In this document: piece after piece, positions 11,938 through 24,341 of the stretch
Numbering within the stretch: the first letter of the stretch is position 1
Layout: every line of letters starts with the position of its first letter
NCBI RefSeq assembly: GCF_963921235.1
Contig: NC_086107.1
Coordinates: 97,280,001 to 97,344,000 of the forward strand
DNA length: 64,000 nucleotides
Source of the DNA: Mobula hypostoma
Lineage: Eukaryota
Reading direction: 5' to 3'
The notes under the pieces: generated by a model
What the model was told of the DNA's origin: nothing
The model's database searches: none
What the model saw: only the letters and a program-made list of their open reading frames with translations
Made by a program: the position numbers and the translations under genes

Positions 11938-12569
11938 CAAAATGGCGGGAGGAGAGAGAGCAGCGCGCCGTGCGCTCGCAGCCTTCCAGTGAAAATGATA
12001 TTGTATCCGTTAAATAGAGGCCGTGGACAATTCTGATTTGGTGGAGATAGACGTGAAAGCACAGAGGAACATCCGGAGAAATTTCTGAAACGCCAGTTCG
12101 CTGCTGTTGTTACTGCGCGATCGAGAATCTTCCGGAGGGAAGGCCTCAAAATCCCCAGCTTTGCCTGCTGCTGGTGACCGAGATTGAGGTCGAATCGTTC
12201 GGATAGAGATGGTGCTCGGTACTTGGTGTCGGAGGGCTAATCAGAGCTCGAAGTTTTCGGACGACTCAGAGTCGGACTGTGGTCGGGCATGGCAGGAAGA
12301 GTTTTCCTCCTTCTCCTGTCTGCGTGAGATGTGGGACACTTGAGAGACTTTGAACTTTTTACTGTGCTCATGGACTGTTCTTCAAGTTATGGTATTGTTG
12401 TACTGTTGTAACTATATGTTATAATTATGTGGTTTTGTTAGTTTTTTCAGTCTTGGTCTGTCCTATGTTTTGTGATATCACACAGGAGGAAATATTGTAT
12501 CATTTCTTAATGCATGCATTACTAAATGACAATAAAAGAGGACTGTGTGTCTTCATAATCTAAAAAAAA
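11938..12569 (+). mobile_element. Non-autonomous LINE-derived element (CpG-rich head + LINE-like 3' UTR)
   Basis: AAAATGGCG start, CpG-rich first half, T-rich 3' region, AATAAA at about 12531 and A tail; no ORF. Confidence 0.5.
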
Positions 12570-12597
12570 TGAATGTTAATCATTGCTGTCTCTGAGC

Positions 12598-12725
12598 TGC
12601 ATTTATGCGTATGCAGACATCTCAGGTCAATGGGATGTTTATTGCATTCATGCATATGCAGACATCTCAGGTTGAACAGGGTGTTTATTGCATTCATGTA
12701 TATGCTGACATCTCAGGTCATTAGG
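12598..12725. repeat. About 45-46 bp tandem repeat, ~3 copies
   Basis: GCATT(T/C)ATG..TATGC(A/T)GACATCTCAGGT occurs three times. Confidence 0.8.
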
Positions 12726-12904
12726 GTTTTTCCTAGTCTGCAATCAACCCCAGTCTGCAGCTCCAGGAAGACCATTCTTCTGAGCTACATTTTAAACTCA
12801 ATCTACAGTCCACATTCAGATCTGAAGACTGGTTGCTGTTGAAATTAATCCATAATCCCAGAATACTCCCTAATGCTCTTCACATCCCCATAAACTTCCC
12901 CTAG

Positions 12905-13095
12905 ATTCTACCCCCACCTAGATGCTAGGGGCAATTTACAATAGCCAATTAACCTCCCAATGCATATTTGAGATGTAGGAGGAAACTAGAACACACAAGA
13001 GAAGCACATACGGTTTCCTGGAAAACATGCAAACTCCACACAGACAGTATCAGAGATCAGGATTGAAGCCAGGTCACAGCAGCTAAGAGGTACCA
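12905..13095 (-). mobile_element. tRNA-derived SINE with conserved GTTTCCTCC(C)AC core (abundant family)
   Basis: GGGGCAATTTACAAT..CCAATTAACCT...GGAGGAAAC...AAACTCCACACAGACAG matches the copies at 20045, 25455, 35235 and 39650. Confidence 0.7.
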
Positions 13096-13281
13096 TTATT
13101 CCACCAATTTGTTTTGTAGCTCCTTCTCACCCATTACCCTCAGTTGCCAAGGATCAACTCCCTCCATTCTCTCTTCTGATAGGTGGAGCATGAAATGGGG
13201 GAAATGGCAGGAAATTACAAAAGAACTCCAAGAAACAAAAACTCTGGGAAAAATTCTCAGCAGATCAGTCAGCATCTGTAA

Positions 13282-13521
13282 GCTGGCTGGTGGCATAGTG
13301 GCATCAGCGCTGGACTTCAGAGCGAAGGCTCCTGAGTTTGAATCCAGCCTGCTCCTGAGTTTGAATCCAGCCGGCTCCCTCGCATGCTTTCCATCCGTGC
13401 TGGGTTGAGTGTTGAGCTAACAACTCGGCCTTGTAACAATAAGAAAGCCTGCTAAAAAAACACTGTCATGACGGCATCCCGATGACTCCACTCGGAGTTA
13501 AGGGCTTTCTTCTTCTTTCTT
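13282..13521 (+). mobile_element. Full-length tRNA-derived SINE with duplicated B box
   Basis: A box TGGCATAGTGG (13291). GCTCCTGAGTTTGAATCCAGCC occurs twice (13328, 13351). (TTC)n tail; degenerate ~16-bp TSD. Confidence 0.85.
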
Positions 13522-13659
13522 TCAGTCAGTGTCCGTAAAGGAGGCACAACAGTTTGGTTGTAGGTCATTGTTATCAAGCAGGCAACAAACTCAACAAAGT
13601 GGAAAGTTTTCTAGGAAGGGGAATGATTTGACACTATTTAGTGGCTAACCCCATCTACA

Positions 13660-13878
13660 CCATATCCATCCATGATCTTGATTGCCTTGTTGTTCCTTTC
13701 CACGTCTTGTAGTAAAATGTGCGGCAACCTTGCGGTTTCCTCAGTATTTGTTTTTTACAAGGCTGAGTTGCTAGCTCGATGGTCAACCCAGTACAGATCA
13801 AAAGCGTGCAAGGGGCCAGCCGGATACGAACCTAGGACCGTTCACCTTGAAATCCGGTGCTGATGCCACTAAATCACC
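13660..13878 (-). mobile_element. Decayed SINE related to 13282-13521
   Basis: TTTTACAAGGCTGAGTTGCTAGCTCG...GCTGATGCCACTA is the reverse complement of that family. Confidence 0.65.
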
Positions 13879-14479
13879 TTGATTGTCTGCCTCCCAGCAA
13901 TCCCCTGCTCCCTGTCAGACACATGGACCCTTCCCTCAGGTCTGACCATGACAGGCTGGTATTCTGGGGAGGGAGTGGGAGGAGAGGTTAAAGGTCAGTC
14001 AGAGCAGAACATGTGCATGTTTTGTGAGCAGAGCATTAGAAAGAGAAAATGTTGGGAAGACAGATTAGGTCAGACAGCATCCGATGAAGGATCTCAAACC
14101 AGATCTCGAAATGTGTCCTCTTCTACAGATGAGTGCTTCCAGCATTTGGCATTTTTATTTCAGGTTTCCAGCATCTGTGCTATTTCTGCGAAGACAATTG
14201 TAGGACTTTTCCCTACGGCTTGTTTCTCAACCATCAGCGCTAACAGCTCTGTGGGATTGCTCTGTGCACACTGGGGCTGATTGCATTTGCCTCTATTGCA
14301 ATGGTGTGTTGTGGCGTATTGGTTACAGAAGGCTCCGCGTTAAGGCAAGCGCTTCGCTGTTTCTGCAGCTGCTCTGGATGATGCTGCTGCACCGTTCCTG
14401 GTACCATGCTGGGCTGTTGGCATTGACTCACTGTCCAGATACATTTACAGGCACACTGTAGGTCATCATAGACTACTGT

Positions 14480-14518
14480 GTTTCCATGGAAACCACCAAG
14501 GCAGTTTCCAATAGCAAC
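14480..14518. promoter_or_regulatory. Tandem RFX X-box-like motifs
   Basis: Perfect palindrome GTTTCCATGGAAAC (14480-14493) and GTTTCCAATAGCAAC (14504-14518) in non-repeat sequence. Function untested. Confidence 0.35.
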
Positions 14519-17239
14519 GGTGTGTTGCCGATCTACAGGCAGTGTTGCTGGGTGGGTGTTGTCCCCCCTGAGCGATGTGACATCTCACTCCCACTGATTA
14601 TCTGTGCCACAGCACAGTGATCCTCCTCCTCCCGGACCAAGGACAGGGAACTGCCGTAAGTATGTAAACACCTGGAAATGACGCCATTCCCAGAAGCGCT
14701 CGCTCCTTCCCGCTGGGCACAGCCGGGGTGGTGCACAATCCCACTCTCCCCGAGCAGTTTCTGGCCACCTCCAGCGGCCTGACACAGACCACCCAATGCT
14801 ACTGGAGAGAAAGCGTCCCTACAGCACCCGCCAGACCTTCAGCACATCCTAGAGTGTTTCACAGCTACAAGAATTTAGTGATGTTCACACTGCCATGATG
14901 AAGGGAAACAGCCGGCGCTGATTTTCACATACTGAGCCCCCTGAAAAGAACATCACGAAACGATGGCGCTGGGAGGTCGGTATGAATCAGGACACTGGAA
15001 GTAACGCACCAGCTCTTCCTCAAGACCTTCTCAGCTCACAGGAGAGAGCAGAGATCTAGTTTTTGTCCCATCTGTACAACAGTACCTCTAGCACACCTCC
15101 TCACTGTATCAGTGGACAACCTGCACTGCCTTGTTCTGGCTGCCCTCCAACCATAAAGGCTCATTTTGAGATTTTAGTTAACATGAACCAGTCCTCATAC
15201 CATGGGAGCCAGCTCCCAGTGGAGACAGATACTGACAAGGAAATCCACCACAGTTTTCACCACAGCACGACCTTTGGTCAATTGAAGAAAAAGGTGCTTG
15301 AAGATCAAGTTTACCTGATGGCAGTGATCTCTGTCCTTTGTAGGTGGAAGGGTGAGCCTCCCCCAAACTCCCAGATGCACCTTAGGCAGTGTCCGATCTG
15401 GATCAGCACCCACAACATGCTGAAGGGTCTCAGCCCGAAACGCTGACTGTTTGATCTTTTGTCATTGATGCTGCCTGGCCTGCTGAGCTCCCCCAGCATT
15501 TGGGTTTCCAGCACCTCCGGACTTTCTCATGTTGGCGATGATCCTATCTGGATGCTTGACCGCTTGGCCTGGCAATTGCTCTGGCCAAGCCCACAAGGAA
15601 TTGCGGAGAGTTGTGGACACAGTCAGTCAGGCAAGCCAGCTTCCCCCTCCACTAACTCCATCCACACCTGAGAGAAGCAACCAACATAATCAAAGTCACC
15701 TTCCACCCTAGTCTTTCTAACTCTTTCTTCCCTACCTTACTATCAGGCAGTATCTACAAAGGTTTGAGATCATATGCCAGCTGACTCAAAGGGTGCTTCA
15801 ATCCCACTCTTATGAGAGGATCTCTCATGTGCTAAAAAATAACTTCTTGATTTCCCTACTTACCTTGTTGAGGCCTTTGCACTGTATTTGTCTGCCTGCA
15901 CTGCGTTTTCTTTCTGCATCTCTTTCTGCCGTCTCGGTGTACTTATGATCCACCTGAATCACGTGAAGGCAAAAGCTTTTCCTTGTACCTCTGTCTAAGT
16001 GGCAATGGTCGACCAAATTCAAAACCCACATCAGCTGCCTCTTGCCCCACTTTTAGAAGAGTGTGAGTGGTCTGGTCACTTCAGAACCTGAATGAACCCT
16101 GAGGGACCGACCAAGCAAAAAAAACAGACAGGCATCAGGTGAATATGGGTTTCCCATGGTTCCCAGTGGGAGAGAAAACAAGAAGCAAGAGCAGGGAGGC
16201 CACTCAGCCCCTCAGGCCTGTTCTGTCAGCCAGTAAGATAATCCTAATCTTCCATTGCACTCTATTCACAGGTTGGGTGGGACTACAACTAGAGGTCATG
16301 GGTTAAGGGTGAAAGGTGAAATGTTTAAGGGGAACATGAGAGGGTGGGACGAACTGCCAGCGCCAGTGGTGCATGCAAACTCAATTTCAATGTTTAAGAG
16401 AAGTTTGGTTGGGTAAGTGGATGGGAGGGGTACGCAGGGCTATGGTCCAGGTGCAGGTCGATGGGAGTAGGCAGTTTAAATGGGTCAGCACAGACTGGAT
16501 GGGCCAAAGTGCCTGTCTCTAATATCCCGTAATCCATCCACCTCCCCTTTGGAATGAACCATTATTTAGCCCTCAGGGATTGAGGATTACGAAGATTTGC
16601 CATCCACATAGTGAGTGGGCTTTTGATCTTTGGATTTTATCCAAGGAGAGGAAATAGGAAGGAGATGCTGGAGTCCATCCTTGGCTGCAGTGTTTGCTTG
16701 CGGAGATTTGCCAGGGACTGCCTCACCAGCGCGTCTAAGCTCGGAGGACATCTCACAGGGATAGGTGTCCGTTCCATGTGCAACCAGTAAAATCCACACA
16801 GCTGGGGAGGGATCGCGCCATGTCCTGGGGAACTGCAGACTTACTCAGAGCTGCAGAGAATCCATGACCATCCTTCTTCTCTTCCGTGTGCCCGTGACCT
16901 TCCCGCCTGAAGGAAACAGGCAGGCTGCTACCCCCAAGTGATAACCTCCCAACAATGGGGCCCACCACTGATCCCTGTGGCACACCCCTTACCATAGTTC
17001 TCCAGCCCCAAAATAACATGCCTTTCTACCCTCACCCTCTGCTTCCAATTATGTATCTACTTAGCCACCTCTCCCTGGATCCCATGTGGTCTAATCTTTC
17101 ATGCTGGACCTTGTATAAGGCCTTGCTAGGGTCCATCTAGAGAATATCCACCACCTTGCCCTCCCACAACTGATATCCTCCAAGTTACCAACCTTCTACC
17201 TAGCCTCCCAGTTAAACCCCTCATAGCAACCAGGTGGGA

Positions 17240-17455
17240 CAGAGGAAACCAGATTGGTTGAGGACTAACCAAACAGGAGGGACGGATGACAGTGTGTTAC
17301 ATATACCACCAGACTAGACATGCCTAGGCGTCATCCCTGATGAGGATGGCAGAGTTTGTCATCGAAACATTGGTTAAAATCTATACCTGTACCCGGCTGG
17401 AAGCCCGAGAAGAGTTTATTTGTCACGTACGCCGGGAAAGCGCTAGATCCTTTTC
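17240..17455 (+). mobile_element. Second PLE-type terminal repeat with hammerhead-like motif
   Basis: CTGATGA-G-GATGGCA-gagtt-TGTCATC-GAAAC at 17337-17368, followed by ACCCGGCTGGAAGCCCGAGAAG, a PLE terminal-repeat-like layout. Confidence 0.6.
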
Positions 17456-18887
17456 CCTCATAGCTGATACCCCATGAGTTTCCAACCTCTACTCACAGCT
17501 GTCAGCCCTTCACACTGGCTAATCCCACCCTATTATCCTCCTCACAGCAAATACCCTCCTAACTAGCCTGCCCCCCCAACCCACCCCCACTACTGCCCAC
17601 CTTCATCATCAATCAATGGCAGTCAAGCCACCATCTGACACTCCCTGCAAACACACATCACCCCACCCTCCCAGATCCACTACCCTCTCGATTGTCCGCA
17701 CATTTCTACTTGCCAAACTGTTTTGCAGAGTGGAGGGCACTGCCAGAGGGGGTGCTGGAATCAGATACAATTACTGTGTTCAACAAGCACTTAAAGACTA
17801 TTAAATAAGTGGGACGGCGAAGAATACAGGGAAATGGGATTAATGTAGATGGGCAAACAGATCGGCAGGGATGCTGGTTTGAAGGGCCCCTCTCTGTGCT
17901 GTAAATCTCTGTGACCGCTCCTCCCCGTACAATTGCCACCCACACACTGCTCTGCAGATCATCAATCCTATCTGGAGTTAAGCTGAGAGCTGAACCAAGC
18001 ACTGTGACTCACTAACTGGGAGGTTTCATTGCTGCTAAACACTGTGGTATGACATGACGTACACTATTCCGGATTGAGGAACCATCTCCCTGAGACCCAG
18101 ACTCAGACGATCCGGTTTACTTTTGCCATGTAACCATAGTTAGTTTGTTAAGATGGGCTCTCTTCCAGCTAACTGCACATGAACTGAATCCTCAGATCAG
18201 AATCAGGTTGTGAAATTTGTTGTTTTGCGGCAGCAGTACATTGCAATACATAATAGTATAAAACTGTAAATTATACTAAATATGTATGTTGAGCAAGATT
18301 TAAATCAACGAGGAGAAGAGTGGAAGGCAAGCTGGTGTTCAGCTCAGTTTGCCTGCATTTGACCGGTTTCCCTCTGCCACTTCCTTGTTGCTGCCAGAGA
18401 AAGGTGCCAGAGTCTTGGGTCTTGGGCAAGGTTCGATTGGCACAGTATGTGGATTGGACTTGTTTATAGAGGACTCTGCAATTCATGTTACCTGCTTTTC
18501 AGATTTCCAGTTACTCCTTTTTTTTAATTGCTATTTTGCACAATTTTATTCGGGACAGACTGGCTCTGCGGCCTGCAGGCAACGAATGATACAGTGCTAA
18601 ATAGAATTGAACTGAACTGAACTGAACAAACTGTTTCAAGGACTCCATGGTTTGATGTTTAATACTCCGTGTTATTGGCTTGTTTTTTGCCATTTGTGTG
18701 ATTTGTTTTTTTTTGTGATGTGGGTATTTGCTGCTTTCTTTGAACAGGTTCCTTGGTGTTTCCTTGTTTTGTGGCTGTCTGTGGGAGGACAAATCTCAGG
18801 GTTGTATACAACATACATGCTTTGATAAGAAATGTGCTTTGAATCTTTGAAAAAAAACATATACACACACACACATATATATATATA

Positions 18888-19039
18888 CAGGTTGACCTTC
18901 ACTAATCCGGCACCATTGGGACATAAGGAGTGCCAGATTAGTGAAAATGCCAAATTGCAGAAGGATCACATCAAGCATAATCAGTGCCAGATTATCGAAA
19001 GAACTGAATTACAGTAGTCGGATCAGTGAAGGTTGACTG
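18888..19039. mobile_element. Tc1/mariner (Tigger-like) MITE
   Basis: Imperfect TIRs CAGGTTGACCTTCACTAATCCG / CGGATCAGTGAAGGTTGACTG, flanked by TA. Confidence 0.75.
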
Positions 19040-19044
19040 TATAT

Positions 19045-19635
19045 CAATATAAATTAAATAAGTAGTGCAAAAAAAGCAAAGAAAGAAAAAGAAGTGAGGT
19101 GGTACACATGGATTCATCCTCTATTCAGAAATCTGATGGCGGTGGAGAAGAAGCTGTTCCTGAAGCATTGAGTGCGTGTCTTCAGGCTTCAGGATCCTTG
19201 ATGGTGGCAATGTGAAGAGGGCACGTCCTGGGTGATGGAAGTCTTTAATAGTGGATGCAGCCTTTTTGAGACCTCGCCTTTTGAAGGTGTCCTGGATGCT
19301 GGAGAGGTTAGTGCCCTTGACGAAGCTGGCTGAGTTAGCAGCTTTTTCCAATCCTCTGCTGTGGCCCCTCCATACTAGACAGTGATGCAACCAGTTAGAA
19401 TGTTCTCCACAGTACCTCTGTAGAAATTTGTGAGAATCTTTGGTGACATACCAATTCTCCTCAAACTCCTAATGAAATATTGCCACTGTCGTGTCTTCTT
19501 TGAAATTGCATCAATATGTTGAGCCCAGGATAAATCCTCAGAGATGTTGACACCCAGGACTTTGAAACCACTCACCCTCTCCACTACCGATCCCTCGATG
19601 AGGATGGGTGTTTATTCCCTCGACTTCCTCTTCCT
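19045..19635 (-). mobile_element. Rex1/Babar-like LINE 3' fragment
   Basis: ORF 19375..19584(-) ERVSGFKVLGVNISEDLSW...YFIRSLRRIGMSPKILTNFYR; 19121..19390(-) IKDFHHPGRALFTLPPS. Confidence 0.8.
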
Positions 19636-19677
19636 TGAGCAACTATTCTCCTAATGATTGCTTTTACAACAAACTAT

Positions 19678-20035
19678 CCACTGGAGGAACTCACTGGGTG
19701 AAGCAGCATCTGTGGGGGTGGGTTGAGTGAAAGGAAGTGTCAACTTTTGGGTTTAACCCTACATCAAATCTCAGTGCGCCCCTGCGGCCACATCTCAGTG
19801 AGCTCCAGGCCCATCATGAAGTTATTCTTCCATCATCCCTGCCTCCGTGCCTATTTCTTTGGCAGGGAATCCTCATCCCCTACCATCCCCCTTCCACTGA
19901 TGATCCCCTTCTTGTGTCTTCAACTCTTCCCTTCCTCTTAGACATCCCCTTTGGGCCTTTAACCTCCTCTTCACCCAATTCCTTTCCCTTTACAGATGCT
20001 GCTTGACCTTTTGATTTCCTCCAGCAGATTGCTGG
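19678..20035 (+). mobile_element. Rearranged PLE fragment between inverted terminal-repeat arms
   Basis: PLRPHLSEL matches PLRPHLSEF in the PLE N-terminal region at about 53100(-). Flanked by CTGGAGGAA...GCAGCATCTGT and ACAGATGCTGC...TTCCTCCAG. Confidence 0.6.
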
Positions 20036-20044
20036 CTTACATAT

Positions 20045-20320
20045 TTATTAGAGGTACAGGCCCTCCCGGCCCAACATGCCGTGTTGCCTAGCAACCCACC
20101 TATTTAACCCTAGCCTGATCACAGGACAAATTACAATGAACAATTAACCTACTAACTGGCATGTCTTTGGACTGTGGGAGGAAACTAGCACACCCGGAGT
20201 ACTCCCACGCGGTTCATGGGGAGAACGTGCGAATTCCTCACAGGCTGCGCCAGAATTGAACTCCCAACTCTGGAGCGCCCTAAGCTGTAATAGCATTGCG
20301 CTATCTGCTACGCTACCATT
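20045..20320 (-). mobile_element. tRNA-derived SINE (abundant family)
   Basis: Core TGTGGGAGGAAAC..GCACACCCGGAG; B-box region GAATTGAACTCC. Confidence 0.75.
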
Positions 20321-20594
20321 GCTCCAGGTTCCAGTGTCTTCGTGTCTATTACCAATATCTGCAGAAGAACAATTCAAACTGGAGGTTTCTTTCTGAAGAT
20401 ACTGATACTGGACATGGTCCAGAAGCTCCCAGTGACGGGACCGAGCCCATCAATGCTGCCCTGGAAAATCTGCGTTACATTCAGCTGGCATTGTCTTACT
20501 TCATCAGCGTGGGTGAAGTTGATGTTCGGCAGGGTAGTTAATGATCTCCACAGGCGCTAGACTACTATCCGGGCCAATGCCACATGCCATTAGA

Positions 20595-21203
20595 TTTACT
20601 TTTACTTACTACGTCGATTCAGGCCTAGGGGGCCGGCATCGGGCACGATGACGGACTCTCCACTTCTCCCTCTCTCTCATCAGTGTGTTCAGTTCATCTA
20701 CATTAGCCGCGCCGCTGTCTTCTAGGAGCGTGTTGACCATAGTCTTGGGAGGGCGCCCAGGGTTCATCCTCCCGTGCTGGGGCTCCCATATGATGACTAG
20801 GCTGGCAGGTAGCTCGGGGTGGTGTAGACAGTGCCCCACTAGTTGCAGTCTTCTCGCCTCGATTTTAGTGGTGAGCATCGGTAGGTTGTTATAGAGCTCA
20901 ACGTTCGTCATGTGCTGTTGCCAACTCACGTCAAGAGCCATCTGGAGCATTCGTGTATAGCAACCATCTAGAGACTTTCGTGAGTGTCCACGTCTCGCAT
21001 CCATACGTGAGAATGGATTCTATGACTGCTATGAAAATCCTCTTTTTAAGCCCTCTGGTCAGGTTCGACTTCCAGATTTCCTTCATGTCGTTCATAGCCC
21101 TCCACGCCAGCGCCTTCCGTATCTTTATGTCCTTCTCCGAACTCATCATTCTTGACCCGAGGTACTTGTAGTCAAAGACTTTCTTAATGGTATCATTATG
21201 ATG
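20595..21203 (-). mobile_element. RTE-clade LINE, 5'-truncated, with 11-bp TSD
   Basis: Minus-strand peptides DYKYLGS..., ESILTYGCETWTLT, LDGCYTRML, GHCLHHPELPASLVIIWEPQHGR...GRP. (GTAA)-like tail; TSD ATGCCATTAGA at 20584-20594 and 21204-21214. Confidence 0.9.
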
Positions 21204-22089
21204 ATGCCATTAGAAGTGAAATGCAATCCAGTGCAAGATGGCTCAAACTGAGAGATCCACAGCTGATTGCCAGACGTAGAGTTTAACGTAACACCATTAC
21301 GGCGCCAAGGACCCAGGTACAATTCTGGTGCTGTCAGTAAGGAAATTGTACGTTCTCCCAGTTACCATGGGTATTTGCTCCGGGTGCTCTGGTTCCCAGA
21401 GAAGTGCGGGTGAATAGGTTCATTGGCCACATGGATGTGATTGGGCGGTGCAGGCTGAAGGACCTGTTACCGTGCTGTATCTCTAAATAAATGATTAAGT
21501 AAAAAGGATGGTCACTGTTCAGCCAGAGGGAATTCTGGGAAAACCTCTCAGCCCGAAGGCACCAAGAACCTGGAAGCCGGCACAATAGGGCGAATTGGAG
21601 GGAGAATCATTTCCTCCTCGTCTGTGAGGGAGAAGAGAGTGGCAGAGGTGGAAGGGCTGATGAGGAGAAGGGCAGAGGATAGTTGACTCGTGTCACGATG
21701 GACCAACTGTGTGGAGCAACCTCTCTCCGTACATTTAGGGCATTCTGTTTCTTTGTAATATGGAGCCTCTCTGAACCCAGAAGCTTTGAATCACTCTGTT
21801 AAACTACATGGTATATGATATGTTTGTCTATCTGTCTGTGTCTGACTGACGGAGCTGGAATCAGACCATTTGGCCAGTTTTTAACCCTATTCTCCCACCT
21901 TGTTTCCATAACTCTTAACCCCTTTACCAATCAAGAACATATCAGTCTCTGCCCTCAGTACAACAGTGACTTGGCCTCCACAACCCTTGTGGCAATGAAG
22001 TCCACAGATTCACCCCCTGCTGGCTGAAAAAAATTCCTCCTTTTCCAGTTCTAAAGGGAATTCTCTCTGATCCTAGACTCTCCAACTAA

Positions 22090-22505
22090 TGGAGACATTC
22101 TCTCCACGTCTGAGTGACTGTCTGTCTCTCTGTTTGACAACCTGTTGGTGTAACTGTCTGTGTGTCCACTTGATGTCTTCCCAACTCTTGTCTCTGGCCG
22201 AGTGACTGCCCATCCTTCTGTCTGACAGCCTGTCTACCAGACTATCCGTCTGAGTGACTGTCTGTTTCTCTGTCTGGCAGTCTTTCCATTTGAGTGACTG
22301 TCTGTCTCATTGTCTGACAGTATATCTGTCTGACCGTTCTTCTCTCTATTTAAGTGAATCTCCGTCTCACTGTCTGACAAGCTGATAGTCAGTTTATCTG
22401 TCTGAGTGACTGTCCATCTCTCTGTCTGATGATTGTCTGTCTCTCTGTCTGAGTGATAGTCTGACTCTCTGTCTGATTGACTTTCTGTCTCTCTCTGTCT
22501 GAGTG
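22090..22505. repeat. Degenerate (TGTC)-rich tandem array with recurring TGAGTGACTGTCTGTC
   Basis: Seen directly. Confidence 0.7.
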
Positions 22506-22513
22506 AGGCCTCT

Positions 22514-23100
22514 GATGATCAGGGTCAACCACGGATGTTGTGTCCTAGCTGTCTAGATACGCAAGCCAGGGCAGTACGATAAGGAGAGCAAGTTGTTGCC
22601 CATGTAGCAAGCTGCCCCTCTCCTCACATCTGATGAACCCAAAGGAACGGCAGAGACCGATACAGTTTGGTATCAGCAGCTTCGCAGGAGTTGCCAGTCA
22701 GCATCAAACTCAATGTTGGACTGCCTTAGGGGCTCCAGCTCCGGAATTTTCTCCTCGGGGTTTACTCCCGAAGCCTTCCCCATGAGCGGGTATAGCCGCA
22801 AGGCAGTGGAGTTTTGAGATCAAAGTTTTCCTTCTCCTAGATGAGCTGTCAACTGCGGCCGATGAGCCCCATCTGCCTGAAGTGACTGGTTTTAAGGCAC
22901 CAGCAACCCACCTTTGCCTCTTCTCCCGACAATAGAAATGGTTCCTCAAGGCTTAGTAGCTAAGCCACACGTGGAGGCCAGGAGCTGGACTTGGTTGTCA
23001 GAGGCTCTTTGAGTTGTATTGGGAGCATTTAATAGGTAGTGGGAGCTTGTCCCCATTACCACCCCAACCACTCCCCCACCCCCCCCCGCTATAACAACCT
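22514..23100 (-). mobile_element. RTE-derived non-autonomous element (5' UTR-like)
   Basis: Minus strand CTAGGAGAAGGAAAACT...CTGCCTTGCGGCTATACCC resembles RTE 5' UTR motifs; no ORF. Confidence 0.55.
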
Positions 23101-23987
23101 AAAGGTACCAGGCGACTTGATTTACTGTGTAACGGCGTGAGGAGAACCTTATTCAGTGTCTGTCTGCCTGTCCAGAATTTGTTGACACATTTCCTGCTGC
23201 CGAGGCAAATCTCCATACAGGTTTTAGGATGGTCGGCTGATAATGAAGCAGCCTGTTCAGATGAGCATTAGATCCCTCCTTCAATGACCAACAGTTACTG
23301 GGCCTGAGGCCTCCACACCCATGAACCCTGACCCTGATCTCACTGCTGTCCCGCCTGATTTTTTTCCAGCTGGAATGGGGGGAGGTTGGTGTTGTCAGGC
23401 ATTTATGTGGAGAGATCTTTACTCCATTCCTGGTTGCCTCCTTTCTTTCCTGGATAATGGCACAGGCTCCTCATCGAGTCGAGTGCTACCCCACGTAGGT
23501 CGCTGTGAGAATCCCTTCCTCCTCTAAACTAAGACTTGCATTCACACAGTGCCTTGGGAGATCTCAAAGTATATCACAAAAGACGCAAATACTGGATGAA
23601 TTCAGCAGGTCAATCAGCAGCTACGGAGGGGAATAAACAGTTGGCACTTTGGGCCAAGACCCTTCTGGGCAGTCAATATTTCTGGACTGTGGTTGCTGTT
23701 GTAGAAAGTACAGCAGCTGATTTGTGTACCAATGGATAAAAAACTAGAAGTCAGGGTGGACATTGTCCGAATGAATCATTTTGTGCCAACAAACACTTGA
23801 GTGAAGACACCCGCCCTTCAGCATCTTTCACCACGTGTTTCTCCATCTACAAAACCATTTTACTTGTGTGTGTGTCGCTCTCCAGTCTGGGAAGAAGCTG
23901 ACAACATCTCTTCAGTTCTCGCCGGGGTATTGCACCAGTGCAGAATCAGGTTTATTGTCACTGATGGTAATCGGTAAGGGCCACGTC

Positions 23988-24341
23988 CAAGTGGTGGCGT
24001 CCATCACTAAGGATCCCCACCACCCAGGACATGCCCTCTTCTCATTGCTACCATCAGGAAGGAGGCACAGAAGCCCGAAGGCACATGCTCAGTGACTGAG
24101 GAACAGCTTCTTCCCCTCTCTCATCTGAAAGGACATTGAACCCATGAACACTACCTCTCTACTCTTGTTAAGTTCTGTTTTTGCACTACTTATTTGACTG
24201 AACTATTTAATGTACATATATAAATACTTACTGTAAATTGCAGTTTTTTCTATACTACCTTGCATTGAACTGTACTGCTGCAGCACGATTAACAAATTTC
24301 ATGACATATGCCAGTGATATTAAACCTGACTCCGATTCTGA
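23988..24341 (+). mobile_element. Rex1/Babar-like LINE 3' end
   Basis: ASITKDPHHPGHALFSLLPSGRR, then a 3' UTR ending ATTAAACCTGA..CCGATTCTGA. Confidence 0.8.
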
